Positions 42,604-53,104 of a DNA stretch of 64,000 bases are shown one piece after another; within the stretch, counting starts at the first letter, position 1; every line of letters begins with the position of its first letter. The notes beneath the pieces were generated by a model. That model saw nothing but the letters and a program-made list of their open reading frames with translations. It made no database searches and was not told where the DNA came from. The position numbers were made by a program, and so were the translations under genes. The DNA is from Amphiscolops sp. MND2022 (lineage: Eukaryota), in assembly GCA_964187785.1 (NCBI GenBank), contig OZ076409.1:24368001-24432000 (forward strand), read 5' to 3'.

Positions 42604-42681
42604 GTGCGTATTTTTCAATTGAAAGATTTCTCATTTACAAAGGGTTCTTCTTTTCATCCATTAATTAACTAGTTTGTTTAG

Positions 42682-42941
42682 AAGACCTGCTGATTTTTGA
42701 GCCACGTGACGACATTTGGAACGAAGGGCGCGTCAAAAACTTCGATGCATTCAACACGCCTTACTCATTGAGTCCAGTTCATTCAGTGCTGGTTGTGATT
42801 GCAATCTGTCTGTGCGCTTCCATGTTTGCACTGGTCCTCGCCTTGGCCGTGGTTCTTCTGACTCCCAGGTGTTCTCCTGTATTTGACCCCGACCAAGCAT
42901 ACGTTCAACATCTGACAGCCTACAGGTCAAGCTACTCTTGA
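42682..42941 (+). CDS. EGF-ZP protein last exon (transmembrane helix + short tail)
   Basis: TTTAG|AAG acceptor; DLLIFEP...SVLVVIAICLCASMFALVLALAVVLL...RSSYS-TGA; AATAAA signals downstream at ~43232-43368. Confidence 0.8.
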
Positions 42942-43493
42942 ACTGTGGAACCATTAACAGAGGACAATACAAGAAAGAAAACTTTTCAAGACTCAGAAAA
43001 ATTCATGGAAAGATTCCAAATTATCAGGACTTAATCCAAATAACGAGAAAAATTGGAAAAAAGTGACTTCTAATAATTTCTGAACCTATTTGCAGCTAAA
43101 TGATGATGATGATTCTATGCCAAGTAACTTCGAGGCTTGAGTTTACATTACAACAGAAGATATCAGACGACGACTAGCAAGCTAGCGAAGCTTCAATTCA
43201 AGAAAAAGGAAAACAATGTTACTTTCGAATTAATAAAATCCAAAAAGCAAAACCTGGTACAAAACTACACAACTGAACAATCGATGGCATTTTCACCGAA
43301 AAATTGACTGGTAATCAAAAAATGTACAAATTTTGAATTTCAAATAAAACTCGCCCAACAAGCAATAAACAAAGACTATAAAGAACAAGTCACTTACGGT
43401 AGCGTAAATTATACCGATAAATCAAAATGAGGTAGTCTGAAATGCCACAAAATTTGAGAATCATGCATTATAATTCTGTTCAATCTGATGACG

Positions 43494-44080
43494 TCATCGC
43501 CACAAGTAGCCTTTGCCAGAAGAAGTGGTGCCAACCAACATGTCCAAATAAGGATGAAAAGCGTTCCTGCAACAGATACTTTCGTTTCCAGTAAACGTCA
43601 TCACCTGCAGACGACTTGAAGTTGAAAAAACTTCGATTTTGCGATAAGAATCCATGCTGCCCACTATAAACAAGTCTTCGCATTTCGGGTGCCAAATTGC
43701 CTGGAATGGAGCCAGCCAACGCCCAGTGTGGTTATCGTGATGAAGTTTCAGCGTTTCTTTAATTGCATCGGGACCCAAATAACTTGAGTCAAAAACTCGG
43801 ATGTAATCATCACTGCATGTGGTGACTATTTTGTCTCCTGTCACAGGGGAGAAGAAAGCACCATTCGCAACTTTCCCATGGTACAGTTCATCGATACATG
43901 ACCTCTTTGTAGTTCTGATATCCCATATTTTCACAGATAGGTAATCGGAAGCTAGAATGTACGGCTTTGTTGGATGTGCCGAGATACATTTGATGGGTTT
44001 GAGTCCGTTCGTGAACTTCGCCACAGGATTTGCTTGTGAATCTGAGTTACCTTCATCATTCGCGTCACCAGTATTTGTAC
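43494..44080 (-). CDS. WDR76: WD repeat-containing protein 76 (CMR1 homologue), exon 2
   Basis: WD40 motifs; HDNHTGRWLAPFQAIWHP and NAFHP...TSSGK are characteristic of WDR76/Cmr1; acceptor GCTCAG in phase with exon 1. Confidence 0.9.
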
Positions 44081-44087
44081 CTGAGCA

Positions 44088-44436
44088 GAGAATTGACTCG
44101 CGTACTTCAAATCAAGTTATTTTTTGGATTGTGTACAAAAACTTGGATATTCAAGATCATGATGAAACGAAAATTCAAGTTTTTTCTACGCCTGATGCGA
44201 CATAATACGCAGAAACTGATTTCCATATTTTCCACCAAAACGCAAACTTTCTGAATGATAGTCAAAAATGTATAAAAAATATTCCTCTAAGTGAATTTGT
44301 ACAGTATTTTTGAAGGCAAAGTCCGCTTGTTGATCACGGAATCGGATAGCGTTGTTTTCTCAGTACTTTGTCATATTCGTGTGGCGGTACAAAAAAGTGT
44401 AATTCAATATGTGGTGCATGACCGACTTCAATTCAC
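44088..44436. mobile_element. Putative TIR element forming the WDR76 intron (introner-like), 10-bp TSD
   Basis: TACCTGAGCA duplicated at 44078-44087 and 44437-44446; ends GAGAATTGACTCG vs (reverse complement) GTGAATTGAAGTCG. Confidence 0.6.
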
Positions 44437-44439
44437 TAC

Positions 44440-45691
44440 CTGAGCATCTTGGATCTATGATGAAGATCTTTCCCAATTGCTCACCAGCACAAATAGTTTG
44501 TTTATCGTTGAGAAAGTCAAACCAGTGGATCTCGTTGTACTCAGTGAAACTCCTGGGATCCGGATTTTTGCAGACTGTTGTAAATTCGGATGCTACAAGA
44601 TCAATGCACTTCAAAGTACCATCGTAGCTGCAAGTGTACAATTTGGTGGAATCACTGGGACAAAAATCAATATGGCGCACAGGCTGGCTGTGAGGTTGAG
44701 TGAGAAACAGGCCATTTGACTCCTTGTTAACGTCCCAGAAACCCAACCCTCCGAATTTGTCAGCACTGGCGATTAAAATCTTATCTCTACTGGGATGAAA
44801 CTTCGCATCGTAAATTCTCCCCGAGCAGCATTTGGCAATATCAGAATCCGCAATTGAAAGTTTTCCCAACCGTTCCAAAACTTCGTCTTTACTAGAATGA
44901 TTTGTTGTTGCATCTTTGGCTTCAGAAGCCGCAATGACTTCTTTAAAACATGCCTTCAAGTTTTCATCAGTTGTAACATCGTCCACACTTTGCAACTGAC
45001 CCGAGAAAGGTCTTGACGTCACGACTCGTGTACGTTTGACTGTAACTGGATCCTCGTAAGTGACAGGAAGAGCCTCAAACTTATAATCAGGTTCCACAAA
45101 ACTTTCCCTCAACCTTGCATTTATTAACCTTGCCGAACTTCTTCGAGGTAGCACTTCTTCGGTGTACATAACTTTTTTGGTCACGCTTTTGATTGTCTTC
45201 GGTTTGGGCTTAACGACTGGCGGAGCTAACACTGATGCAGAAGAATCCAATTCCAACTCAGTCAGAAACTTCATGTTTTCTTCCAAATTCTTTCGCCGTT
45301 GCATTTCAAAAAACGACAGTTTTTCCTCAACTTTGGGCTTAGCTGTTTCTATTGACACCGTTCCCTCAAGTAAAGATTTATCTTCTTTTTTGACTAGAAC
45401 AGAGTTGTCCCCGGGCATATTCAGCTTCTCGGAAACATTAGAGCCGGGGAAAACGTTTTCAATTTCTTCTGGTTTCATCTGCTTGGAGTCGAGCTTAGGC
45501 TTTTTTGGAAGTATCACATCACTATTAGAGTTCGTTCGGTCTTGTAGTTGCAATTCACTGAAAGGCGCACATATGAATTCTTTTTCAATTTTGACAGTCG
45601 AGACAGAATCAGAGCCATCGTGCTCAACAGGTAAGACATTTGCAAGGCCATAAGTTGAGTCTCTTAACTTACGTCTAGTAGTGGGAGGCAT
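44440..45691 (-). CDS. WDR76: WDR76 exon 1 (start at MPPTTRRK; in-frame ATGs also at 45718 and 45733)
   Basis: LSFFEMQRRKNLEEN and PRRSSARL N-terminal motifs; RIYDAKFHP, ADKFG, CSYDGT WD40 motifs; donor TCAG|GTAGTG. Confidence 0.9.
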
Positions 45692-46066
45692 GACAAGATC
45701 TAGAATGGAATCAGACATGAGTTTCAATATCATAATACATGATAGCTGATACAAAATTTGGGATCAGCAAAACTGTTGCAACTGCGAAAACTCCCAAAAA
45801 AACAAAAGGTGAATCAATCTTTTTCACGTAGATTTGCCGGAGGAAAAACTTGTTTCAAAAAGTTCCGGAAGAAAAAATTTCTATTTTCGACAGACTTGGC
45901 GGCAACTTTCTATTTTGGATTTCGCGAATGGTCAAAAATGAAGAATAAGGTACAATTGCTTTTCGGATTCACTTCTTTTGAATGAGAAAAACAGTTCTTT
46001 CAGAACTTTCAGTAATCTAAAATCAATACTTGCTTTTTGACAAGATCTTTTGTTTTGTTTGGAGAG

Positions 46067-46318
46067 TGATCGCGAGATTCCCGCCGTGAGGACACTTCAA
46101 ACCGAGGTTCGGATCGTATTACAAGGGCATAGTACAGCCATCCTCTAACCTAATTAGAGCCCGAAAGTGATCCGACCAAAGTGGCTCACAACAAGGCCTT
46201 GGGCAATAAAACCGCATATGCTGTAGTTACTACAATCTCCCGCACGAAGCACAGGAAAAATGAGCGCGCGGCGACAGGGGCTCACCTAACCAAAACGAGG
46301 GCTCAGTATCAGACCTTT
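46067..46318 (+). ncRNA. Candidate structured ncRNA (partial RNase MRP-like motifs); identity unresolved
   Basis: GC-rich island with stems TCGGATCG/TGATCCGA, CTCTAA/TTAGAG and TGAGC/GCTCA; motifs GAAAGT, TAGTTAC and ACCAAAACGAGGGCTCA. Confidence 0.25.
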
Positions 46319-46760
46319 CAAACGCATGAGTTCATTTCTCTGGTAAGCGTAGTTGTGAAAACATCAATCATTAAACATTTTGAACGTTTTTCGGCGTTTC
46401 TCATTATTCCCAGATATTCTCGGCTGATGTTTGGAAGACAACGCTCAATTCAATTTTCAGTTCTTTAATTGAACAAACCACTCAATTTCTTCAAACAAGA
46501 GTGAATGAACTCCATCGTCTCGAATCATTATCATGAAATTAGATCTTCATACACACAAACTGTGAAAAAAAGAGTAGCTAAAAACTGAATTGCTAAACTC
46601 GACACTGCTTTGTCAATCGATTTGGAAAGCATTCACACACCCATTGCATACAAATCCACTAAAATATATTATCAATAAAATAGACTCTAATTAAATAAAT
46701 AATCTCTATATTCAATTTCTAATTTCTGAATCTTGGCATATTTCAAAAACTCTGCTCCTC

Positions 46761-48002
46761 TTAGACTACACTTTCTTGTTGCTGGAGACGAATCTGTTCC
46801 AATCTAAAACTGCACAAAACGATGAACGAATAAGCAACAACTATATCATCATTAGAGTGAGATTCAATTTCAACAGTCTTCTGCACAAAAATGTCATCGT
46901 TAGAATCTGGGTTGCTAAACACAGGCAGGATTTGTTCAACCGTGAGGTGATCAGAAAACAATGTCAGAGCTGAATACTGGTAGACTTTATGTTCAACCCT
47001 CGAATCAAAACTTTGAATCAGAATCTCGCCGCAAAAGTTGTAGACAGCTTTCAATCTATCTTCCTTGTCGCCAAGGTAACGCCAACTGAGCGACAAAACC
47101 AATGGTTCCTCCTTATGGGTTTCCGATTTCGCAACAGTTGTTGATAGCGAAACTTTAAAAAGATCATCATCGTGTCTCATGTCGAAACTCCCCCTCCATT
47201 CACTAACATTTCGACCCACGACGATGCAAGAAAAAGGAATCTTGAACTCTTGAGTTTCTTTTTTTAAAATCACAGTATCAATTTTCTCGGCCAAATTATG
47301 AATAGCTCTTATTGCACGTTCGTCTCCAAGGAAGGACTCAACAACATTCACATCGACTTCACTTGCAATATCATCTGCGAACCTTTTCACCGCTTCTAAT
47401 TCGTCTATTTTTCCGACTGCCTTCAAACTCTCATTCAAAGTGTATTTCAGGTAAGTGTATCGCTGAATTGTGCGCTCCGCCAGCCAAACTTTCAACGCAC
47501 ACTTTTCCATAACCTTTTCAGCCATTTGATGAACCTCTTTTCTTCGCTTCAATATTGGCCCCATATCCTTCTTGACTTGGTTGTGCAAATATTTCTTGTA
47601 CAGGGCCAATGAATGGTCTTCATGACAGGCTTCAAAGCAAGTGGTGCACAGTTTCATATTACATGTATTGCACCAGAAATGGACAATCATGTCAGGATGT
47701 ATCAAACACTTGGGTCCTTCAATCTCAACTTTTCTCGGCTTTTTTCTAGGAAACTTGAGTAGACTCAAACTGATGAGACCTTTTCTGGTGCGCGGAGCAT
47801 CTACTTTACAAAAGGCACATTTGAAGGATGTGTTAAAGGACATGTTTTCCTTCTCGATGATCGATTGACATGACTTGGGGGATCCACAACACGAATGCCC
47901 ACAGGGAAGCTTGTGCGATTCTTTCACGGGTTCAGTGCAAACTGGGCACTGGCTTAAATTCAAATCAGTCGACCGTGAGGGTGCCAGATATTCATAAGCC
48001 AT
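46761..48002 (-). CDS. RING / B-box / coiled-coil (TRIM-like) E3 ligase, intronless CDS
   Basis: CPVC..CGHSCC..C..CAFC RING, CLIH..CNTC...CTTC...HEDH B-box2, helical region, beta-rich C-terminus; ATG at 48002, 413 aa. Confidence 0.88.
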   Translation of the reverse strand: MAYEYLAPSRSTDLNLSQCPVCTEPVKESHKLPCGHSCCGSPKSCQSIIEKENMSFNTSFKCAFCKVDAPRTRKGLISLSLLKFPRKKPRKVEIEGPKCLIHPDMIVHFWCNTCNMKLCTTCFEACHEDHSLALYKKYLHNQVKKDMGPILKRRKEVHQMAEKVMEKCALKVWLAERTIQRYTYLKYTLNESLKAVGKIDELEAVKRFADDIASEVDVNVVESFLGDERAIRAIHNLAEKIDTVILKKETQEFKIPFSCIVVGRNVSEWRGSFDMRHDDDLFKVSLSTTVAKSETHKEEPLVLSLSWRYLGDKEDRLKAVYNFCGEILIQSFDSRVEHKVYQYSALTLFSDHLTVEQILPVFSNPDSNDDIFVQKTVEIESHSNDDIVVAYSFIVLCSFRLEQIRLQQQESVV

Positions 48003-49094
48003 TATCACAACAAAAAACACAATCTCAAACCACAAAAACAAATAAATCTAAAAGACAGTTCGCAACTTCGAAGATGAACCATGGTCTTTGAAGGTAATAA
48101 ACAGTACCGTAGGCACTCACAATCATAGCTAGTGAAAGAACTTTTCTTGCCCGCTATGGAAGAGACCGCGCTTGTTGTCAAGAGTGGGCTTCGAGAATAT
48201 TCATCTGCGAACATGAAGAAAAACCAAGGAATAATTGCCGTATAAATATTCCAAACATCTCAAGCGTTTAACTGGAAATACTGAGGACCAATTTATATTA
48301 AATCCTTTTTTAATGAAAAACCACACGTTTAAAAGAACATTTGAAGCAGTCGTTTGTGAGCTTAAATAGAGACTTTCACGTTGTCCGAGGCGAAACGTTT
48401 AGCGAGAAAAATGGCAATTCAAAAATTTCCGTTATAGTTTCCTCCAAAGGTTTCGAGGTGTCAACTTTTTGGTGATCCATAGAAGTAATCAAAAAGTACG
48501 AAGTATAACGTGCAACTTACACAAAGCCTAGCCTAACCGTCAAAGAAATGGACAACGCGATCAAAGGTGCCTAACTCCGAGAAAGTAGTCACCAATAGGC
48601 TCTTCGGATAATTCTGTGACATACACAAATCTATCGAAGAGGAAAACCCTTTAGTGTAAGACATTTCTTGTATCACGATCCAATGAACTGAAAAAGTAGG
48701 TGTTAAAGTCGATGCAAAGTATCAACAAAAAATCGAAAGAAGAACATGATCCGAATTCAATATGTTCGAAAATTGCGAAAAAAACTTGTTTTCGGTAAAC
48801 TTCATTTGAAGCATCTAAAAATTGAACAATGCAATGAACATGACTTATTATTCAGCAGAACCTAATGGAGTGCAAAAAAATCAAACTGTTTGATTCGAAT
48901 TGAATACGAACTAAACGGTTATAATTTTAGCACAAGATGTGAAAACTGAAGCATAATTTCAAAATTTCAATTTTGACTGTTTTTAAGTCACAAGAACTGT
49001 TTAGCTTGATTGACTCTCATTGTCTTTTTGAGAATATGGAGGAAAAAGAACAGGCAAAAACTTTGAGGTCGGGAGACAATTTACTATCAAAATT

Positions 49095-49408
49095 ACAAGT
49101 TGGGAACAGCATAAGTCGGCGCCATGCTTAGGGCTCAAAAAGCGCAAAGTACATATAATCACAAGAAATTATTTTCGAAGAAAAAATCTATCACAGTGCG
49201 GAAAAAAACGGAGGTCTTTTTAGCTTAAAAAAGCTCATTTCCACTTGAAACTTCTTAAAAGTCAGAACGATAAATCAAAAGGATGATCCTTGAACTTCTT
49301 TAGGCCCTCGGTAAATCTTGGGCTTATTGTAGAACTTTTGGTCATTTCGACCGAATTGACAGCAAAAAGACACTATAATGAGTCTAGTTTCATAAAGCGC
49401 CGGCAAAA
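49095..49408 (-). mobile_element. Short degenerate HINE family A copy
   Basis: ACAAGTTGGGAACAGCATAAGTCGGCGCC at the left end, GCGCCGGCAAAA at the right end. Confidence 0.6.
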
Positions 49409-49815
49409 CGAAATCCACTAGCGAACAATCCACTAGGACTCGCTTGCAAGCAACTGTGTAAATAGCAGCTCAAACTATTTGTTCATCATAGTAGTGAACT
49501 CGCTGCTCACTTCCTGTCTGTCAAAAATCCTCTTTGAAAAGAAGATAATGTTCAGGGTCCAACTACACAGGAAAAAGTAAAAACAATCAGGCTTTAATGC
49601 CACTTCAGCCTTCATAGAAATGTCAAGAGCATACCTCTTCATTGAAAAAGAGTCTTTTCATTTATCATAAATTTTTTATTAAAACGAACTCTCTCATTTG
49701 CAAATAATTTCACTCAATGCTGAGGATCACAAAGAAATCAATATTAGAGTTTGAAGAGTCAACGTTAAAAAGTGTTCAATTGTCGACCGGCGAAAGAATT
49801 CCGCGAGGAGGTTTG

Positions 49816-49883
49816 TCAAGATTGGCCCTGGACAGGCATCTTGGTCGAGTCGTCAGCTTCGCATGTCATTCCCCTTCCACGTC
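49816..49883 (-). CDS. FAM120A: FAM120-family gene, last coding exon
   Basis: GTTAG acceptor, phase 1; GRGRGMTCEADDSTKMPVQGQS-TGA; AATAAA at ~49675-49680 on the minus strand. Confidence 0.7.
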
Positions 49884-49921
49884 CTAACAACAGAAAAATG
49901 AACAAAACATTTAGCTAAAGA

Positions 49922-50312
49922 AAATAAGACGGGAACGTCTGAAGTCGGTGGTATATCTAAAGCTCAAAATGCGCAGTTTTTATGAAATGCATAGGACGTT
50001 TTAATGAAAAATTCCTGTTGTCGAACCTCCGCCTCCTCATATATAGTTCGGATATAACGTCAAAAATTCGGATATAGCGCTTTGAGGAGACCCTTGACTT
50101 TTTGAAATTCCAGTTTGTTGCAAAATATTTTTAAAATGAAGGGGGACCCTTTGGAGACATAAAAAAATTTCGAAAAAAGTCTCACAGTGCCCAAAAATTG
50201 AAAGGGGGATCCTTCAGTCTCGTCTCGTCCGGTTTTGCAAATGCACGAAAAAGTTCCTGGCTAACCACTATAATAGTCGGGCACTTTTCTGAAGAAAAGC
50301 GCCGACTAAAAA
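49922..50312 (-). mobile_element. HINE family A copy
   Basis: Minus strand: TTTTTAGTCGGCGC...CCCGACT; 3' CCGACTTC + AGACG-TTCC-CGTCT. Confidence 0.75.
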
Positions 50313-50517
50313 TAACATCAAACTGAATGTCGGCTTTCAGATTCGAAATGCATACAACTAAAGAAATGAAGCTATGTTTCAAAACAAAGCTTTAAAATTA
50401 GCGATATTCACAGACGAAGATATGAAGTTCTAAAGATGGTACCAGGTCCAAGATTCTGGACTAGAATTCTGGAGAATTAGAAATCTGGTTTCATGAGATA
50501 CAGGAGAAAACGCTAAC

Positions 50518-50699
50518 CGACTGGCTTTGGTGCGTCTGGAGGTATGTAGAAGCTTCTACCAGGGGTCCTCGGCTTCCCTCTGTAAGAGTCGCCATAACTA
50601 CGTCTGAATCGTTGATCCCCGTATCCTCCTCTGTTCCCTCCACTAAAGATACGGGGCGGTGGCATCTCAGGCTTAGCAAGAGGGTTTCTTGGATCATAT
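50518..50699 (-). CDS. FAM120A: FAM120-family gene exon (RGG/RG-rich tail)
   Basis: TTTCAG|...|GTTAGC; YDPRNPLAKPEMPPPRIFSGGNRGGYG..., in phase across a 9-kb intron. Confidence 0.75.
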
Positions 50700-51048
50700 C
50701 TGAAAGACAAATCGGTGGTTTAGTAATTTACAGCATTATTGTTTACGACTACTTAAGAGATCAGAAAAAAATAAATTAAAATGAAGATACTAAATAACAT
50801 TAGTATGAAAACACATACATTAATGAAACGCGGTAAAATAGGGTCAAAAAATGAAAACAAAGTGGGAGACATATGCCTAGCATACTGTCCGGAAACGGCA
50901 TTTCCAAAAAAGTATTAGTTCGATTTGAGTGTTATTGAGGAATTGCCCCTTCCCCGAGGGGTTCGAGAACTTACTCAAAATTTCTTCGGTATTTTCTGCT
51001 TGCTGATTCATAATGTGATATTTGTGAAGAAAGTTCACCTTCCCAGGC

Positions 51049-51791
51049 AGTGAAGAAATGCCTAAACTCCAATTCCTCAATTTTTTCGAACTTCAAAACC
51101 TCATAAATCAACATTAAAGCCGAATTTCGAAAATCCGGGATGTAAAAATCTCCGCAAGAGTCTCCTGAATGCAATAATACCCCTCACAACTCTGACGGAC
51201 TGCTCATCTCCGATGGCGTTGATTTTGAATACAATCACCCTTAACTATAGCACAGAATCTCATCAAATTTTGAATAACTTCCAAAAAGAATGAAACTTGA
51301 ATTACTCATCAAAAAGAGCTTCACATGATATGAGTGCTTTGTAGTATTATCCATTTGGATTTCATTTTTTGTTTATCAATGACTCACAATCAACTGCTAC
51401 TGCTGAGTGTGACTTCCATAGTTGACTTCATTCATCGAACAATTCCTTGCAGTGATTGATTTCTTCAGCGTTTATTAGTCATCATTGACTAACTAAACTT
51501 ATAGGGAACTACGCAGCCTCCAATTCTCACATCAAAAGCATCAACAGATAGATGTCAACTATCTGATTATTGGTTGGAGATATTTACATCCTTGATTGGA
51601 CTCAATCGATTGGAGTATTCTTTCAATCCATCTGTTTAGCCTACTTGAAGAGGACAAAACACATGGGCAGATTATAATAATCAATGACGATTCATTTGTG
51701 CTTTCTATTGGACTCTGAACTTGTCATGCACAATTTACATCACATGTACTATCGAAAATATTGAAGCTGCTGGCTCCAAGGGGGCCAAAAA
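51049..51791 (+). repeat. Extra copy of the BEL element's 3'UTR + PPT directly upstream of its 5' LTR
   Basis: Direct repeat of 58225-58967 (offset 7176). Confidence 0.95.
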
Positions 51792-51948
51792 TGTTGAAGC
51801 TCAAATATTCTGTCAATGAAGCAAAACCGCGTGAAAGAATAAAGACACGTTAAAAACAATTTGATACTTTACTTAGACTTGTTCATGCTTTTTCATTGTT
51901 TCTCTTTGCAAATTTCTGATCAATTCACGCTCTTCAAAACTCATTAAA

Positions 51949-52965
51949 ACACAGAGGCGAAGCCGTGCTTCGCAAACACTTGCGAACTTTTGAAGAAAAC
52001 CAAATAAGCAATATCATACGGAAAACCAAGGGTAAAAGGAGATTAAAATTTCATCAATTTTACAGCGCCAAAAAAACCCGAAAGGATACGCGTAAGCCTC
52101 GAAAACCATTCTTCCCCAACTGAAAACAGCAAAAAACTCATTCTTTAAACGGAAAACGGAAAACCTTAAACAGAAAATAGAAGAAAAAAATTTCAAAATT
52201 TTTCGAAAACATTTTTGATGGTCTCCGGTAAGTCGCAAAGCCTTGAGGAGTCCTCTCGCAAAACGTTTCGTTTCTTGTAAAAATTGAGCAGGGGCTTCGG
52301 TGAAAACAAATTTTAAAAAAGTCGCATAGAAAAAAGATCGGTCTTTAAAAAAACGGTCTTTTGATACTAAAAATTGAGAAAAAAATTTCCGAAATTTTTC
52401 GATTTTTTTTAAGTTTCCGCTAAGTCGCATAGTGCCGAAAAATGTGAAAAAGGGACCCTTTAGGATTTTATAACATTCGTTCTGTTGCAAGGTATCAAAA
52501 AATTGAAAGGAGGACGCTCTGGGGACATTTAAAAAATTTTGAAAAAAATTAGGGAGTCTAAAAAATTTTCGAAAAAAAATAGAATTTTGAACAGTCTCAT
52601 AGTGCCGAAAATTCTGAAAAAAGGGACCCTTTAGGATTTTTTAACATTCGTTCTCTTGCAAAAAAATCAAAAAAAAATTGAAAGGAGGACTCTTTGGGGA
52701 CATTTAAAAAATTTCGAAAAAAAGTCTCACAAAGCCGAAAAGTCTCATAGTGCCGAAAAAAGTCAGAACCTTCTGCTTCGGACTACTTGTAAAAAAATTA
52801 GCGCATACCCACGGGTTCGAACACGAAACCTCTGGGTTGAAAAGCAAGCATCTTACCACTAGACCACGAACGCGTGAAACGTGCGAGTTGCCGCGTGAAA
52901 TCAGAGAGTTGTCGCGCGGAAAAGCACCCGCACTTTCCCATAACAATTGCTTATCGCAAGTGTAA
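51949..52965 (-). mobile_element. HINE family B element inserted in the BEL 5' LTR
   Basis: Inverted pair ACACTTGCGA (51976-51985) / TCGCAAGTGT (52954-52963); hairpin GCGAAGC-CGT-GCTTCGC (51957-51973); empty site visible in the 3' LTR. Confidence 0.85.
52801..52874 (-). pseudogene. tRNA-derived cassette inside HINE family B
   Basis: GCGTTCGTGGTCTAGTGGTAAG...GTTCGAACCC: A and B boxes, with an unpaired anticodon stem. Confidence 0.65.
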
Positions 52966-53104
52966 ACAAAATTCGCGCAACAATAAATTAAATCTTCTTT
53001 GTATACGACTTTTTGACAAAGTCTACAAACTTCATTGGTCCGATACGACCCGGGATTCAACAGATACTGGATGTCGCTTGACAACATTCAACACGGGATT
53101 CAAC

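Noticed and set aside
44409..45653. Plus-strand ORFs overlapping WDR76
   Set aside because: Antisense shadows of a real CDS, with no motifs.
46145..46153. CTAACCTAA as a TTAGG telomerase template
   Set aside because: It is sequestered in a hairpin, and the U-rich pseudoknot-like tract is on the opposite strand.
46296..46330. Minus-strand GAAAGGTCTGATACT resembling RNase P CR-I
   Set aside because: No downstream CAGAC-containing CR-V partner was found on that strand.
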